From the IMG/VR virus record IMGVR_UViG_3300045599_000077: a DNA stretch of 23,339 bases, one strand, 5' to 3'. The DNA is from an uncultured virus (IMG/VR IMGVR_UViG_3300045599_000077) (Duplodnaviria; Heunggongvirae; Uroviricota; Caudoviricetes). A model generated the notes under the pieces. That model searched no databases, had not been told where the DNA came from, and worked only from the letters and a program-made list of their open reading frames with translations. A program made the position numbers and the translations under genes. Below, one piece after another: positions 1-8,071 of this stretch (its first letter is position 1; the number at the start of each line of letters is the position of its first letter).

Positions 1-4
1 GAAA

Positions 5-295
5 GTGATTAGCGTTAAGGCTGATATTAGAGCTAGGGTGCTGGATAAAGAAGCAATCAGTACGATCCAATCTGAATTGAAGAATCAAAACTATATCGTT
101 TTTGATATTAAGGTAAATGATAACAAGGTAGTATTGTCGAGAGAGGATAAGGGATTGTTGGAAGTATTTAATGAATTTCTACAGATTAATCAATACAATT
201 TGCTCAACTGTAGTAGTGTTAAATTTGAACTATTGGCTGATATCGCTAAAAGTAAGAAAAGTGTAAAATTGATTGCTACTGAGATTACGGTATAG
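5..295 (+). CDS. Hypothetical protein (may be 5'-truncated by window edge)
   Basis: Open frame from the window start with a GTG at 5, co-oriented with downstream genes; no recognisable motif. Confidence 0.55.
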   Translation: MISVKADIRARVLDKEAISTIQSELKNQNYIVFDIKVNDNKVVLSREDKGLLEVFNEFLQINQYNLLNCSSVKFELLADIAKSKKSVKLIATEITV

Positions 296-401
296 AGTGG
301 GCAAGCTTGCACTGGTTCACTTACGTTCACCGAGTGCAAGTCGTCCCGACCCACTTTTGTGGAATAGTGTAAACTATTACCTACAATTTGGAGGTCACTA
401 T

Positions 402-584
402 ATGAATGATACCATTGTCATTACACAAGAACGAATGGCTGGATGGCTCATGTTTAATCGATTTCATAAATTGGATGAAAAACTGGATTTAAAGAATCCG
501 AATCGAAGGGTTTATATTTTTAAGGATTCTCCGCAATTAAGACAAGTCATGACCAAATATAACGAGTTTAAACAGCAGTTGTAG
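402..584 (+). CDS. Small phage-associated protein, DUF5659-like (60 aa)
   Basis: GGAGG RBS then ATG at 402, better than the 273 start. MNDTIVITQERMAGWLMFNRF...NPNRRVYIFKDSPQL resembles the DUF5659 pattern. Confidence 0.7.
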   Translation: MNDTIVITQERMAGWLMFNRFHKLDEKLDLKNPNRRVYIFKDSPQLRQVMTKYNEFKQQL

Positions 585-601
585 TCATGAGGGGGTTCAA
601 T

Positions 602-2806
602 ATGGATGGGGAGCAAAACAAAAAAGTTATTATTGAGAATTTTGAATATAAGCGCCAGTATAAAGAAATCGTTACTTCTAACGGTGAAAAGTACATAGAT
701 GCAAATAATTATACATATTGGACAACCAATATTACCGTTGAAGTATTAAAGCCGGAACAAATTGTTTTCCTAAACAATGATATAGAAAGATTTGCAAAGG
801 AAGTCCAAGATAAATTTACAGGGCTATTTGATGCTAGAAAAAACAAAATCACCGAAGGACAAATAAAATTTAGCTATGATGCTACCCTAAGTATAATGGG
901 AGAAGTGAGAAATCCTGACAAAATTACAATCATACCAGCAAAAGCTGGTTTTGGAAAGTCAAGCTACATATATTCCTTTTTAAGTAACCTATGTAGTCAT
1001 ATTAAGAATAATGATTCAAGTTCTTTTAGTGGACAAGGTGTTATAATCGTTACCGATAAAATAGAGTCACTTAGACAACTCGAGAAAGACATTTTTAAAG
1101 ATATGGACTATTATCATGTCGGAGATTATAAGACGAGATACACCTATATTCTTGAAGCTTGGAATAAGAATTCTTTTCGAGATGGTATATGTAAAAATGA
1201 AGCCATTGAAGAATATGAATATGGGATGTGTAGCGGCAATGAATGTCCATTTTATAACAACTGTAAAATGAGCTACCAAAAAAAGCAGCAGGTTTATAGT
1301 CCGATACTTCTTATTACCAATGCAAGATTTAGACAGTTTCAAGAGAGGATTGAAGAGTATAAAACCTGGATTGATAAGAACGGTAACTATCAAGAAAGAA
1401 ACATCGTAATTATTGATGAAAAGCCCACAATCATTGATGACTACAGGGTTGATACAGATTTGTTTTCTACGTTGAAGAAAACTGTGGAGGAAGTAAAAGT
1501 AGATGTTTCTGAAAATAAAAACAAAGAGTTTCTGCTGAAAGAATTATTAATGGTAGAAGATGAAGTATTAAACTTGAGAAGTGAAATGGGGCAGTATAGA
1601 AATTGCATTTATTGCGGAACTAAAGAAAAGCTATTTAGTGATGAATTTAATGAAAAATGGGGTGCGTTGATTGGTTATAAGCACATTAATTCATTAAATG
1701 CCTTAGAGAGAATGTTTACTCAGGGAGCGCTATGGTGTAATGCAAATGCCCCGTATTTTAAAACTCTTGGTATTAAACAATTTAATTATAGCGGCTTCAA
1801 AACATATATTTTTGATGCTACTGCTGAACTCGATCCTGATTATGATGATGAAAGGTTCCAATTTTTAAGTATAGACGACTATAAAAATTATGAGAACATT
1901 ACATTTCACATTTTCAGGGATAAAAAAATGAACATGAGTCGAAGTGCCTTGGATTTAAAGAAGCACTATTGGAAAAACAAAGCAGTTGCTGAATGGATCA
2001 ATAATAACTTTCGAGACAAAACTTATGTCGTAAGCTATAAAAAAAATGTTAAAGTAATTTCAAAATACCTCAAGCATAAAGGAACGCGAATATTTCTTGA
2101 TAGTGATGAAGAAAAACCTGTTATTCCTCATTTTGGAGATACAAAGGGGAGCAATGAGTTCAAAGATGCCAAATATATGGTGCAAATCGGGTGGAATAAA
2201 GCCCCTTCCGATGAGTATTTATCGCAATGTTTAAGCAGGAATACTAATTTTGAAAAGCTATTTGAACCGAGAGAAGATAAAGCTGAGCAGACAGCTAAGA
2301 TACTAGAAAATAAAAACGGGTACTTTAAAAAATATGATGATGCTAATATTTATATGTGGCGTAAAATGGCCGTAGAGTTTGAACAGGAAGTATTTCGGAC
2401 ATGTGTTAGGGACTTTTCAGCGGATAATAAAGTTGATATTTATATATTCATGCCAGATGAAAAAGTAATTGGTCTGATATATCAACGGTTTAAAAAATGT
2501 AAAATCAAGACTAGTTATGAAGTTCCTGTAGAATTTAGAGAAGAGAAAATTTTAGGAAGGCAGAATGCTGACGGGAAAGATAATAAAATTCAAACGTTTA
2601 TAAAATGGATTAGAGATGAATGGGATGGAAGTAAAATTAGCATAAAGGACATAAAAGCTAAGTTTGAACTTAGTGATAAATATTGGGAGAAAATTAATTC
2701 AAATACTGCCGTAAAAAATATTAAGATGAATCGTAACATTAAGCTTAAGAGGGAAGGTAAGGGGAAAAATCAAGTCAACTATTGGTATGCTTTGAGTAAT
2801 GATTAA
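602..2806 (+). CDS. SF2 (DEAD/DEAH-like) helicase-domain protein with 4-Cys cluster; putative replication protein
   Basis: Walker A PAKAGFGKSS, Walker B IIIDEKP, motif III-like FDATA, motif V-like GDTKGSNEF, motif VI-like EQEVFRTCVR, and C-x12-C-x4-C-x5-C. GAGGGG RBS before ATG 602 (alternative start 587). Confidence 0.75.
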   Translation: MDGEQNKKVIIENFEYKRQYKEIVTSNGEKYIDANNYTYWTTNITVEVLKPEQIVFLNNDIERFAKEVQDKFTGLFDARKNKITEGQIKFSYDATLSIMGEVRNPDKITIIPAKAGFGKSSYIYSFLSNLCSHIKNNDSSSFSGQGVIIVTDKIESLRQLEKDIFKDMDYYHVGDYKTRYTYILEAWNKNSFRDGICKNEAIEEYEYGMCSGNECPFYNNCKMSYQKKQQVYSPILLITNARFRQFQERIEEYKTWIDKNGNYQERNIVIIDEKPTIIDDYRVDTDLFSTLKKTVEEVKVDVSENKNKEFLLKELLMVEDEVLNLRSEMGQYRNCIYCGTKEKLFSDEFNEKWGALIGYKHINSLNALERMFTQGALWCNANAPYFKTLGIKQFNYSGFKTYIFDATAELDPDYDDERFQFLSIDDYKNYENITFHIFRDKKMNMSRSALDLKKHYWKNKAVAEWINNNFRDKTYVVSYKKNVKVISKYLKHKGTRIFLDSDEEKPVIPHFGDTKGSNEFKDAKYMVQIGWNKAPSDEYLSQCLSRNTNFEKLFEPREDKAEQTAKILENKNGYFKKYDDANIYMWRKMAVEFEQEVFRTCVRDFSADNKVDIYIFMPDEKVIGLIYQRFKKCKIKTSYEVPVEFREEKILGRQNADGKDNKIQTFIKWIRDEWDGSKISIKDIKAKFELSDKYWEKINSNTAVKNIKMNRNIKLKREGKGKNQVNYWYALSND

Positions 2807-2895
2807 ACTTGGAATCCCTACCATTATGTATAATATATTTATACTGAATATGGGGGAGTCATAAAGTAGACTTTGAATAATCGTAGCAAAAGTTA

Positions 2896-2921
2896 AGGGC
2901 GGGAATTCCTGCTCTTTTTTT
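2896..2921 (+). terminator. Rho-independent terminator after helicase gene
   Basis: AGGGCGGGAA/TTCCTGCTCT stem followed by a T-run. Confidence 0.6.
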
Positions 2922-2951
2922 ATTGCCCAAAATTAATAAGTTGGAGGAATA

Positions 2952-3638
2952 TTGATGACCAGTAAACAAAAATTATCCAAGATTAAACGTTTTGTAAAAG
3001 GAAAAGTCAATGAATTTATGCGATTATTGCCGGAACACATAAAAGAGAATATTGACTTCTCGAAAGCCGCCATTCATCTGAACCATTACAGTTATGATAA
3101 TTTCGGCTACAACTTAATCAGTCTTAAGCTTTCTGAACATGTAGACATCAAGGATTATGAGCAATTTGAATATATGCTTGATCACATTAGTTATGAAAAT
3201 AAGCTGGGGCTGTATGTATCTGTTGATGATGAGAGTCGGGAAGTCCAACTCTTCAATAAGGCGCTGAATAATCACATTAAAACGTATCAGCTTATGGTTC
3301 ATGATGAGAAACGGAAAATTTACTCGATAATCCAGCATATTAAAAAGGATGAAGATTGCCGAGTAGAGAATCATCTTTCATCAATTGGACGACTATTGAA
3401 TTTGAGTGAGGCTATTTATCTGATTCTATACAATGTATTGAAAGATGATGAGGATTGCGGCTTAGATAGCATTGAGATAGAGGGAATTTTAGAAAAGGTG
3501 ACGGATGATACCATTACGCTGAACAATGCTAATTTTGCTGAAGTGAAGAGTACGCTTAAGATTTCGGATGGCTGGGAAATTGAAAATATCGAGTTATGGG
3601 CAAGAACAGAAAAGGATGTGAAATTAGAGCTTCTTTAA
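2952..3638 (+). CDS. Hypothetical protein (228 aa)
   Basis: GGAGG RBS, long ORF; no motif recognised. Confidence 0.75.
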   Translation: MMTSKQKLSKIKRFVKGKVNEFMRLLPEHIKENIDFSKAAIHLNHYSYDNFGYNLISLKLSEHVDIKDYEQFEYMLDHISYENKLGLYVSVDDESREVQLFNKALNNHIKTYQLMVHDEKRKIYSIIQHIKKDEDCRVENHLSSIGRLLNLSEAIYLILYNVLKDDEDCGLDSIEIEGILEKVTDDTITLNNANFAEVKSTLKISDGWEIENIELWARTEKDVKLELL

Positions 3639-3676
3639 TACGGAGAGGCTCTTTTTCTATTTGAAGGAGGAATCAT

Positions 3677-4897
3677 ATGCAAATTGAGATGATGAATATT
3701 GAGCAGCTTATTCCATATGCCAATAATGCACGACATAACGAGAAGGCTATTGATAAAGTAGCCAGTAGCATTCAGGAGTTTGGTTTCAAGAATCCGATTA
3801 TCGTAGACAAGAATCATGAAATTATTGCTGGACATACACGGTTACTGGCAGCCAAGAAATTAGGTATGACAGAAGTTCCAACCATAAAGGCCGATGATTT
3901 AACGCCGGAACAGGTAAAGGCATTTCGTATCGCTGACAACAAGACAGCTGAATATAGTGAGTGGAATTTTGAATTGTTAGCCCAAGAATTAGAGGAACTG
4001 AAGCTGGAGAATTATGATTTGAGTTTAACCGGATTTGATTTTTCGGAAGCCGAGCAGTTGTTGGATTCGTTCAAGGAAGAAACTGAAGAGATAGAGGAAG
4101 ATGATTTTGAAATAGAAATACCGGAGAATCCAATCACACAAAAAGGTGATGTATGGCTGCTGGGGAAGCATCGGCTGATGTGCGGAGATAGTACCAGTAA
4201 GGATGATGTTGAAACATTAATGGATGGACAGAAAGCGAATTTGATTGTGACTGACCCTCCTTATAATGTGGACTATACCGGGAAAACGAAGGAGGCATTA
4301 AAAATTGAAAATGACAAAATGGATAACGATAGCTTTTATGAATTTTTACTTGAAGCACACAAACGTATGTATGAGGTGGCAGCTGACGGAGCTAGTTTGT
4401 ATGTGTTCCATGCTGATAGTGAGGGGTTGAATTTTCGGAAGGCGTTTATTGAATCAGGATTTAAATTATCTCAATGCTGTATATGGGCAAAGCAAGCCAT
4501 GGTTATGGGACGCCAAAATTATCACTGGATGCACGAACCAGTGTTATATGGATGGAAACCGACAGCAGCTCACTATTGGAATAGTGACCGGAAGCAAACA
4601 ACCCTCTGGCAATTTGATCGTCCATTCAGAAATGAATTTCATCCGACTATGAAACCTATACCACTAATTTGCTATCCGATTAAAAATTCGAGCAAGATTG
4701 GCGATTTAGTATTCGATCCGTTTGGTGGAAGTGGGAGTATGCTGATTGCTTGTCAGGAAACGGATAGGGTTTGTTATACGATGGAACTGGATGAGAAATA
4801 TGCAGACGTAATTGTGAAGCGATACATAGAATATGTGGGTAGTTATGATGATGTTTATGTCATAAGGAATGGCGAGAAGATACCGTATTCTAATTGA
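3677..4897 (+). CDS. ParB-like N-terminal domain fused to DNA N6-adenine/N4-cytosine methyltransferase (beta class)
   Basis: N-terminal IPYANNAR...GFKNPIIVD...IIAGHTRLLAA; catalytic DPPY precedes SAM-binding DPFGGSGS; HPTMKP motif; AAGGAGG RBS. Confidence 0.92.
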   Translation: MQIEMMNIEQLIPYANNARHNEKAIDKVASSIQEFGFKNPIIVDKNHEIIAGHTRLLAAKKLGMTEVPTIKADDLTPEQVKAFRIADNKTAEYSEWNFELLAQELEELKLENYDLSLTGFDFSEAEQLLDSFKEETEEIEEDDFEIEIPENPITQKGDVWLLGKHRLMCGDSTSKDDVETLMDGQKANLIVTDPPYNVDYTGKTKEALKIENDKMDNDSFYEFLLEAHKRMYEVAADGASLYVFHADSEGLNFRKAFIESGFKLSQCCIWAKQAMVMGRQNYHWMHEPVLYGWKPTAAHYWNSDRKQTTLWQFDRPFRNEFHPTMKPIPLICYPIKNSSKIGDLVFDPFGGSGSMLIACQETDRVCYTMELDEKYADVIVKRYIEYVGSYDDVYVIRNGEKIPYSN

Positions 4898-5058
4898 ACG
4901 TTGTATTAACTATAAGGATGGGAATAACAGTGATGGTATAATCATTGGGAGAGAAGATAAACAATTTATTTATTCTCAATTACCAAAAAATATAGTAGAG
5001 CACCTCATAAGACAGGCTTTATATGAAATGCTCTTTAAGGATATACGTTTAAAAATAG

Positions 5059-5265
5059 TTATTCTATAAGAAGTCTCTCACTCTGATTGTTTCTAATTTG
5101 TTTCAAATCATGTATTTGTTTTTCGTATTCCATTTCTTTGATAATCTTACTAATTGTACCTTGGGAAACATCATTTAAGGCTGCAATTTTCTTTTGGGTG
5201 TACCCTTTTTTATAAAGGTTATAGATTAGAAGCTTATCTTCCCAAGATGAAATTTTTTTTGCCAT
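5059..5265 (-). CDS. Small helix-turn-helix DNA-binding protein (68 aa)
   Basis: LYKKGYTQKKIAALNDVSQGTISKII HTH; AGGAGG RBS and TTGACA-type promoter on the minus strand. Confidence 0.8.
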   Translation of the reverse strand: MAKKISSWEDKLLIYNLYKKGYTQKKIAALNDVSQGTISKIIKEMEYEKQIHDLKQIRNNQSERLLIE

Positions 5266-5478
5266 AATAACACTCCTCCTATTTTCAGATTATTTATCGA
5301 ATATTTATAGGTGTATTTTATATTGAAAAATAAAGGGTTGTCAATGATATGAAATAAAATCATTATTAAGTAACTAGGCTTTAGTTTGAAGTAACATCTC
5401 ATTTCCATTATTATTTTTAACTTGCTTTCACCTGTGTTTTGAGTGATGAATGTTAACAACAAAAACACAGGAGGGCTA

Positions 5479-6228
5479 ATGATGAATAGAAAAGAAATGG
5501 TAAAAGTATTGGGTGAACATTTTGGTGTGAAGCCTACATACTTAGGAGTTCCCAGCTGTAATTATCAAATTGAGACAGCAGGAGAGACATTTATCATTGA
5601 TCGAGTCGGAAACATTACCACATCTGAAGGTAAACAAGTAGAGTTTGAGCAACTGTTGAATGGAACAATTGAAGAAAGTACGCCGGAAGCAGAGGACACA
5701 ACAGGTTTTGAAATATCCGTTTCAATGGAGGGGCATACAGGGAGTACATTACGAAACCTCATAAATATGATATATAGCAAACAGATGCTGATCAAGAAAG
5801 CCATAGAGATGGAAGATGATATTGTAGGAGATGAATATATCAAGGCTGTAAATGAAGGGAAGATCACAACTTTAGACGACTTCAAGACAGCTACTGAGAA
5901 CGTAAGGTGCAACTGGCTAGACATTGATTTTTCCCGGAATCGAATCGTATTCAAATTTATAAAAGAAGAGATGAAGCCGGAGAGGATAAAAGCATACACT
6001 CAGCTTGTCGTATTAATCAATCAGTATGCGAAAACACTACAATATGCTTCGGCTAAGGTAAAGGATACGGATAATGAAAAATTCACATTCAGGACTTGGC
6101 TGATACGACTGGGAATGATCGGGGATGAGTACAAGGCAACCAGAAAGCTCCTATTGCAAAATCTAAAAGGAAATTCAGCCTTTCGATATGGCAAGCCCGA
6201 AAAGGTAGAAACAACGGCTGGGGAGTAA
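5479..6228 (+). CDS. Phage-associated conserved protein (family often annotated 'virulence-related protein')
   Basis: RKEMVKVLGEHFGVKPTYLGVPS, TLRNLINMIYSKQ and NEKFTFRTWLIRLGMIGDEYK...LKGNSAFR patterns are typical of this family, found downstream of phage methylases. AGGAGG RBS before ATG 5479/5482. Confidence 0.75.
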   Translation: MMNRKEMVKVLGEHFGVKPTYLGVPSCNYQIETAGETFIIDRVGNITTSEGKQVEFEQLLNGTIEESTPEAEDTTGFEISVSMEGHTGSTLRNLINMIYSKQMLIKKAIEMEDDIVGDEYIKAVNEGKITTLDDFKTATENVRCNWLDIDFSRNRIVFKFIKEEMKPERIKAYTQLVVLINQYAKTLQYASAKVKDTDNEKFTFRTWLIRLGMIGDEYKATRKLLLQNLKGNSAFRYGKPEKVETTAGE

Positions 6229-6408
6229 CATCCCCCTTTTTTCTTTGCCTGTGTCGGCTCGATATGGAAGATGGGGGATACGTTTAGGATAAGGGTAAAA
6301 AGCGATATAGCGCCAACGTGTGGGGCGACAGTGTGCATATTCAGAAGTCGTTGACTCGTTGGTAGGTGAGAGGTAACATGTGACAAACTTGATAAGGAGG
6401 TTCGTTGC

Positions 6409-6567
6409 ATGGGTCAGGCAAAAGTGAATATGGTGATTCGATTTCTCAAGGGGATGCAGGTGGATAAGGTATGCTCGCTAGGGGAAGAAGATGCCAAGGT
6501 ATACGTTGATATGATTCAGAAGGTAATTGACGATATTGAGTGCTTTTACGGCGATGAGTTGGAATAG
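6409..6567 (+). CDS. Small hypothetical protein (52 aa, not in ORF track)
   Basis: TAAGGAGG RBS, ATG 6409, MGQAKVNMVIRFLKG...FYGDELE*; followed by a terminator hairpin at ~6577-6603. Confidence 0.65.
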   Translation: MGQAKVNMVIRFLKGMQVDKVCSLGEEDAKVYVDMIQKVIDDIECFYGDELE

Positions 6568-6630
6568 TAAAGGAACGAGGGGCTAGAGATAGCTCCTTTT
6601 TTTACATTTGGATAGTGAGGTGAAAGTAGA

Positions 6631-6861
6631 ATGAATTTTCAAGAATGGTTTGACGAATACCTAGCAAGAAAGCAATTTCCATATAGGAAATTTAAATGCA
6701 ATGGAACTGGGCAAATTAGCATATATGAACTGATAGATGTTATAAAGAGCTGTTCGGAAGAAGAACAGAATAAAATACGAGAAATGATTTTAATAATCGA
6801 ATTGAGTAAGGGGGATATTTTGAGGTTTTTTAGTGATCTAGCAGATGGACTTAATCATTAA
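6631..6861 (+). CDS. Hypothetical protein (76 aa)
   Basis: GAGGTG RBS, intact ORF. Confidence 0.65.
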   Translation: MNFQEWFDEYLARKQFPYRKFKCNGTGQISIYELIDVIKSCSEEEQNKIREMILIIELSKGDILRFFSDLADGLNH

Positions 6862-6970
6862 ATGTTTTTGGTATAACGGAAAATTGACAAAAATATCTGA
6901 CTATCATCCCCTTCTGATACGGAAATAGTTTATAATATGTATATATTTCCATTCGGGAGGAGGGAAAGCA

Positions 6971-7171
6971 ATGAGCAAAACTTTTGGTAATCTTGATGAT
7001 CTATTTAAAGAATTAAAGAAGAATCCACTAAAGTACGCTGTGGGACAAGTTATCGAGAAAAGCTGTCCTGCTTGTAAAAAAGTGACTAAGATTAAAGTGA
7101 TAAAGGAAGATAAGCTAAAATGCTTAAGCTGTAATAGCGAAATTAAAGTTGATGAAATTAAATGGGTATAA
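6971..7171 (+). CDS. Small zinc-ribbon protein (66 aa)
   Basis: CPAC...CLSC; GGAGGAGG RBS; TATAAT upstream at 6931; terminator 7180-7206. Confidence 0.7.
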   Translation: MSKTFGNLDDLFKELKKNPLKYAVGQVIEKSCPACKKVTKIKVIKEDKLKCLSCNSEIKVDEIKWV

Positions 7172-7179
7172 ATCTAGTT

Positions 7180-7206
7180 GAGAGCCTGCACAATGGGCTC
7201 TTTTTT
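7180..7206 (+). terminator. Rho-independent terminator before terS
   Basis: GAGAGCCTG/TGGGCTCTT stem plus T-run. Confidence 0.6.
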
Positions 7207-7223
7207 ATTGGAGGTGAGGTGAA

Positions 7224-7787
7224 ATGGGAGTAAAAGGGCAGAAACAGAAAAATACGAAGTGGGAAACGATTGTCTATCCGAGACTTTCGGAGATTCAAAA
7301 ATGGTGTGAAGAGGGACTTACAAATGATGTGATTTGCAAAAGGCTTAATATTGCGCAATCTACGTGGTATGAATATCAAAAAGAATATCCGATGCTTTCG
7401 GAGTTAGTTAAAATGGGCAAGTCTGTTATCGATTCGCAGGTGGAAAATTCTTTATTAAAAGCGGCACTCGGCTACGACTATGAAGAAATAAAAACAATTG
7501 TGGAAGAAGATAAAAATGGAAAAAAGCGGACTCGGATTGAGAAAGTAAAAAGGCATCAGCCACCAAACCCTACTGCGATGATATTCTGGCTTAAGAATCG
7601 TGCGCCGGATAACTGGAACGATAGAAGAGAAATTATGATCGATACCAAGCAATCTGAACTGGAACGCAAGCAACTGTTCCTACAAATGATTGAAGAAGAA
7701 GCGCAGGATGAAGTAATCGAAGGCGAGTACAGTATTATTGAAGAATGTGAAACAGAAGAAGAATTCGAGGAACCCGAACAGGAGTAA
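7224..7787 (+). CDS. terS: Terminase small subunit (HTH type)
   Basis: N-terminal HTH (GLTNDVICKRLNIAQSTWYEY), VENSLLKAALGY and PPNPTAMIFWLKNR motifs, acidic tail; lies upstream of terL. Confidence 0.8.
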   Translation: MGVKGQKQKNTKWETIVYPRLSEIQKWCEEGLTNDVICKRLNIAQSTWYEYQKEYPMLSELVKMGKSVIDSQVENSLLKAALGYDYEEIKTIVEEDKNGKKRTRIEKVKRHQPPNPTAMIFWLKNRAPDNWNDRREIMIDTKQSELERKQLFLQMIEEEAQDEVIEGEYSIIEECETEEEFEEPEQE

Positions 7788-7980
7788 GATTGCTCGATTC
7801 TGTAGTTTGTATCGCTTCATTCTGTATATACGGCTGCTATATCGAACTCATCTTGCTACTCTATATCAAATACAATGCTATCCATCCATATCCAATTGTA
7901 TAGAAGCATAAATATTATGTCGTGAGTTATTCGATAGATAAATGCCAGATTCATTGTTAATTCTGCCTAAAAACTGCCCG

Positions 7981-8014
7981 AAGTCACAACATAATGACCG
8001 TTATGTATCGAGTT
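7981..8014. other. dif/IRS-like tyrosine recombinase core site: AAGTCACAACATAA-TGACCG-TTATGTATCGAGTT
   Basis: Inverted arms with ACATAA/TTATGT inner ends around a 6-bp asymmetric spacer; a third arm copy TTATGTCGTGAGTT at 7915-7928; immediately upstream of the recombinase promoter. Confidence 0.7.
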
Positions 8015-8018
8015 CTCG

Positions 8019-8047
8019 TTGACTTCATACCGCACCAATCGTACCAT
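8019..8047 (+). promoter_or_regulatory. Putative sigma-A promoter of tyrosine recombinase
   Basis: TTGACT-17 bp-TACCAT. Confidence 0.55.
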
Positions 8048-8071
8048 GTGACTGAAAGGATGGTGCGGAAT

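Noticed and set aside
273..401. N-terminal extension of the 103-aa ORF
   Set aside because: Runs through the hairpin and overlaps the upstream gene; the RBS supports ATG 402.
4869..5069. 66-aa ORF starting MARRY, like the 11956 ORF
   Set aside because: Overlaps the methylase end and the similarity stops after five residues; treated as coincidence, though a short gene here cannot be excluded.
5479..6228. Interpreting the 'virulence-related protein' family as a virulence factor
   Set aside because: The name is an inherited annotation; nothing in the sequence indicates secretion or toxin activity.
7790..7900. Loose TGCTA...TATC repeats after terS (CRISPR or iteron?)
   Set aside because: Too degenerate and irregular, with no spacer structure or cas genes; could at most be weak protein-binding sites.
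7994..8071. Extended start of the tyrosine recombinase
   Set aside because: This ATG lies inside the recombination core site and upstream of the promoter; ATG 8072 has the RBS.
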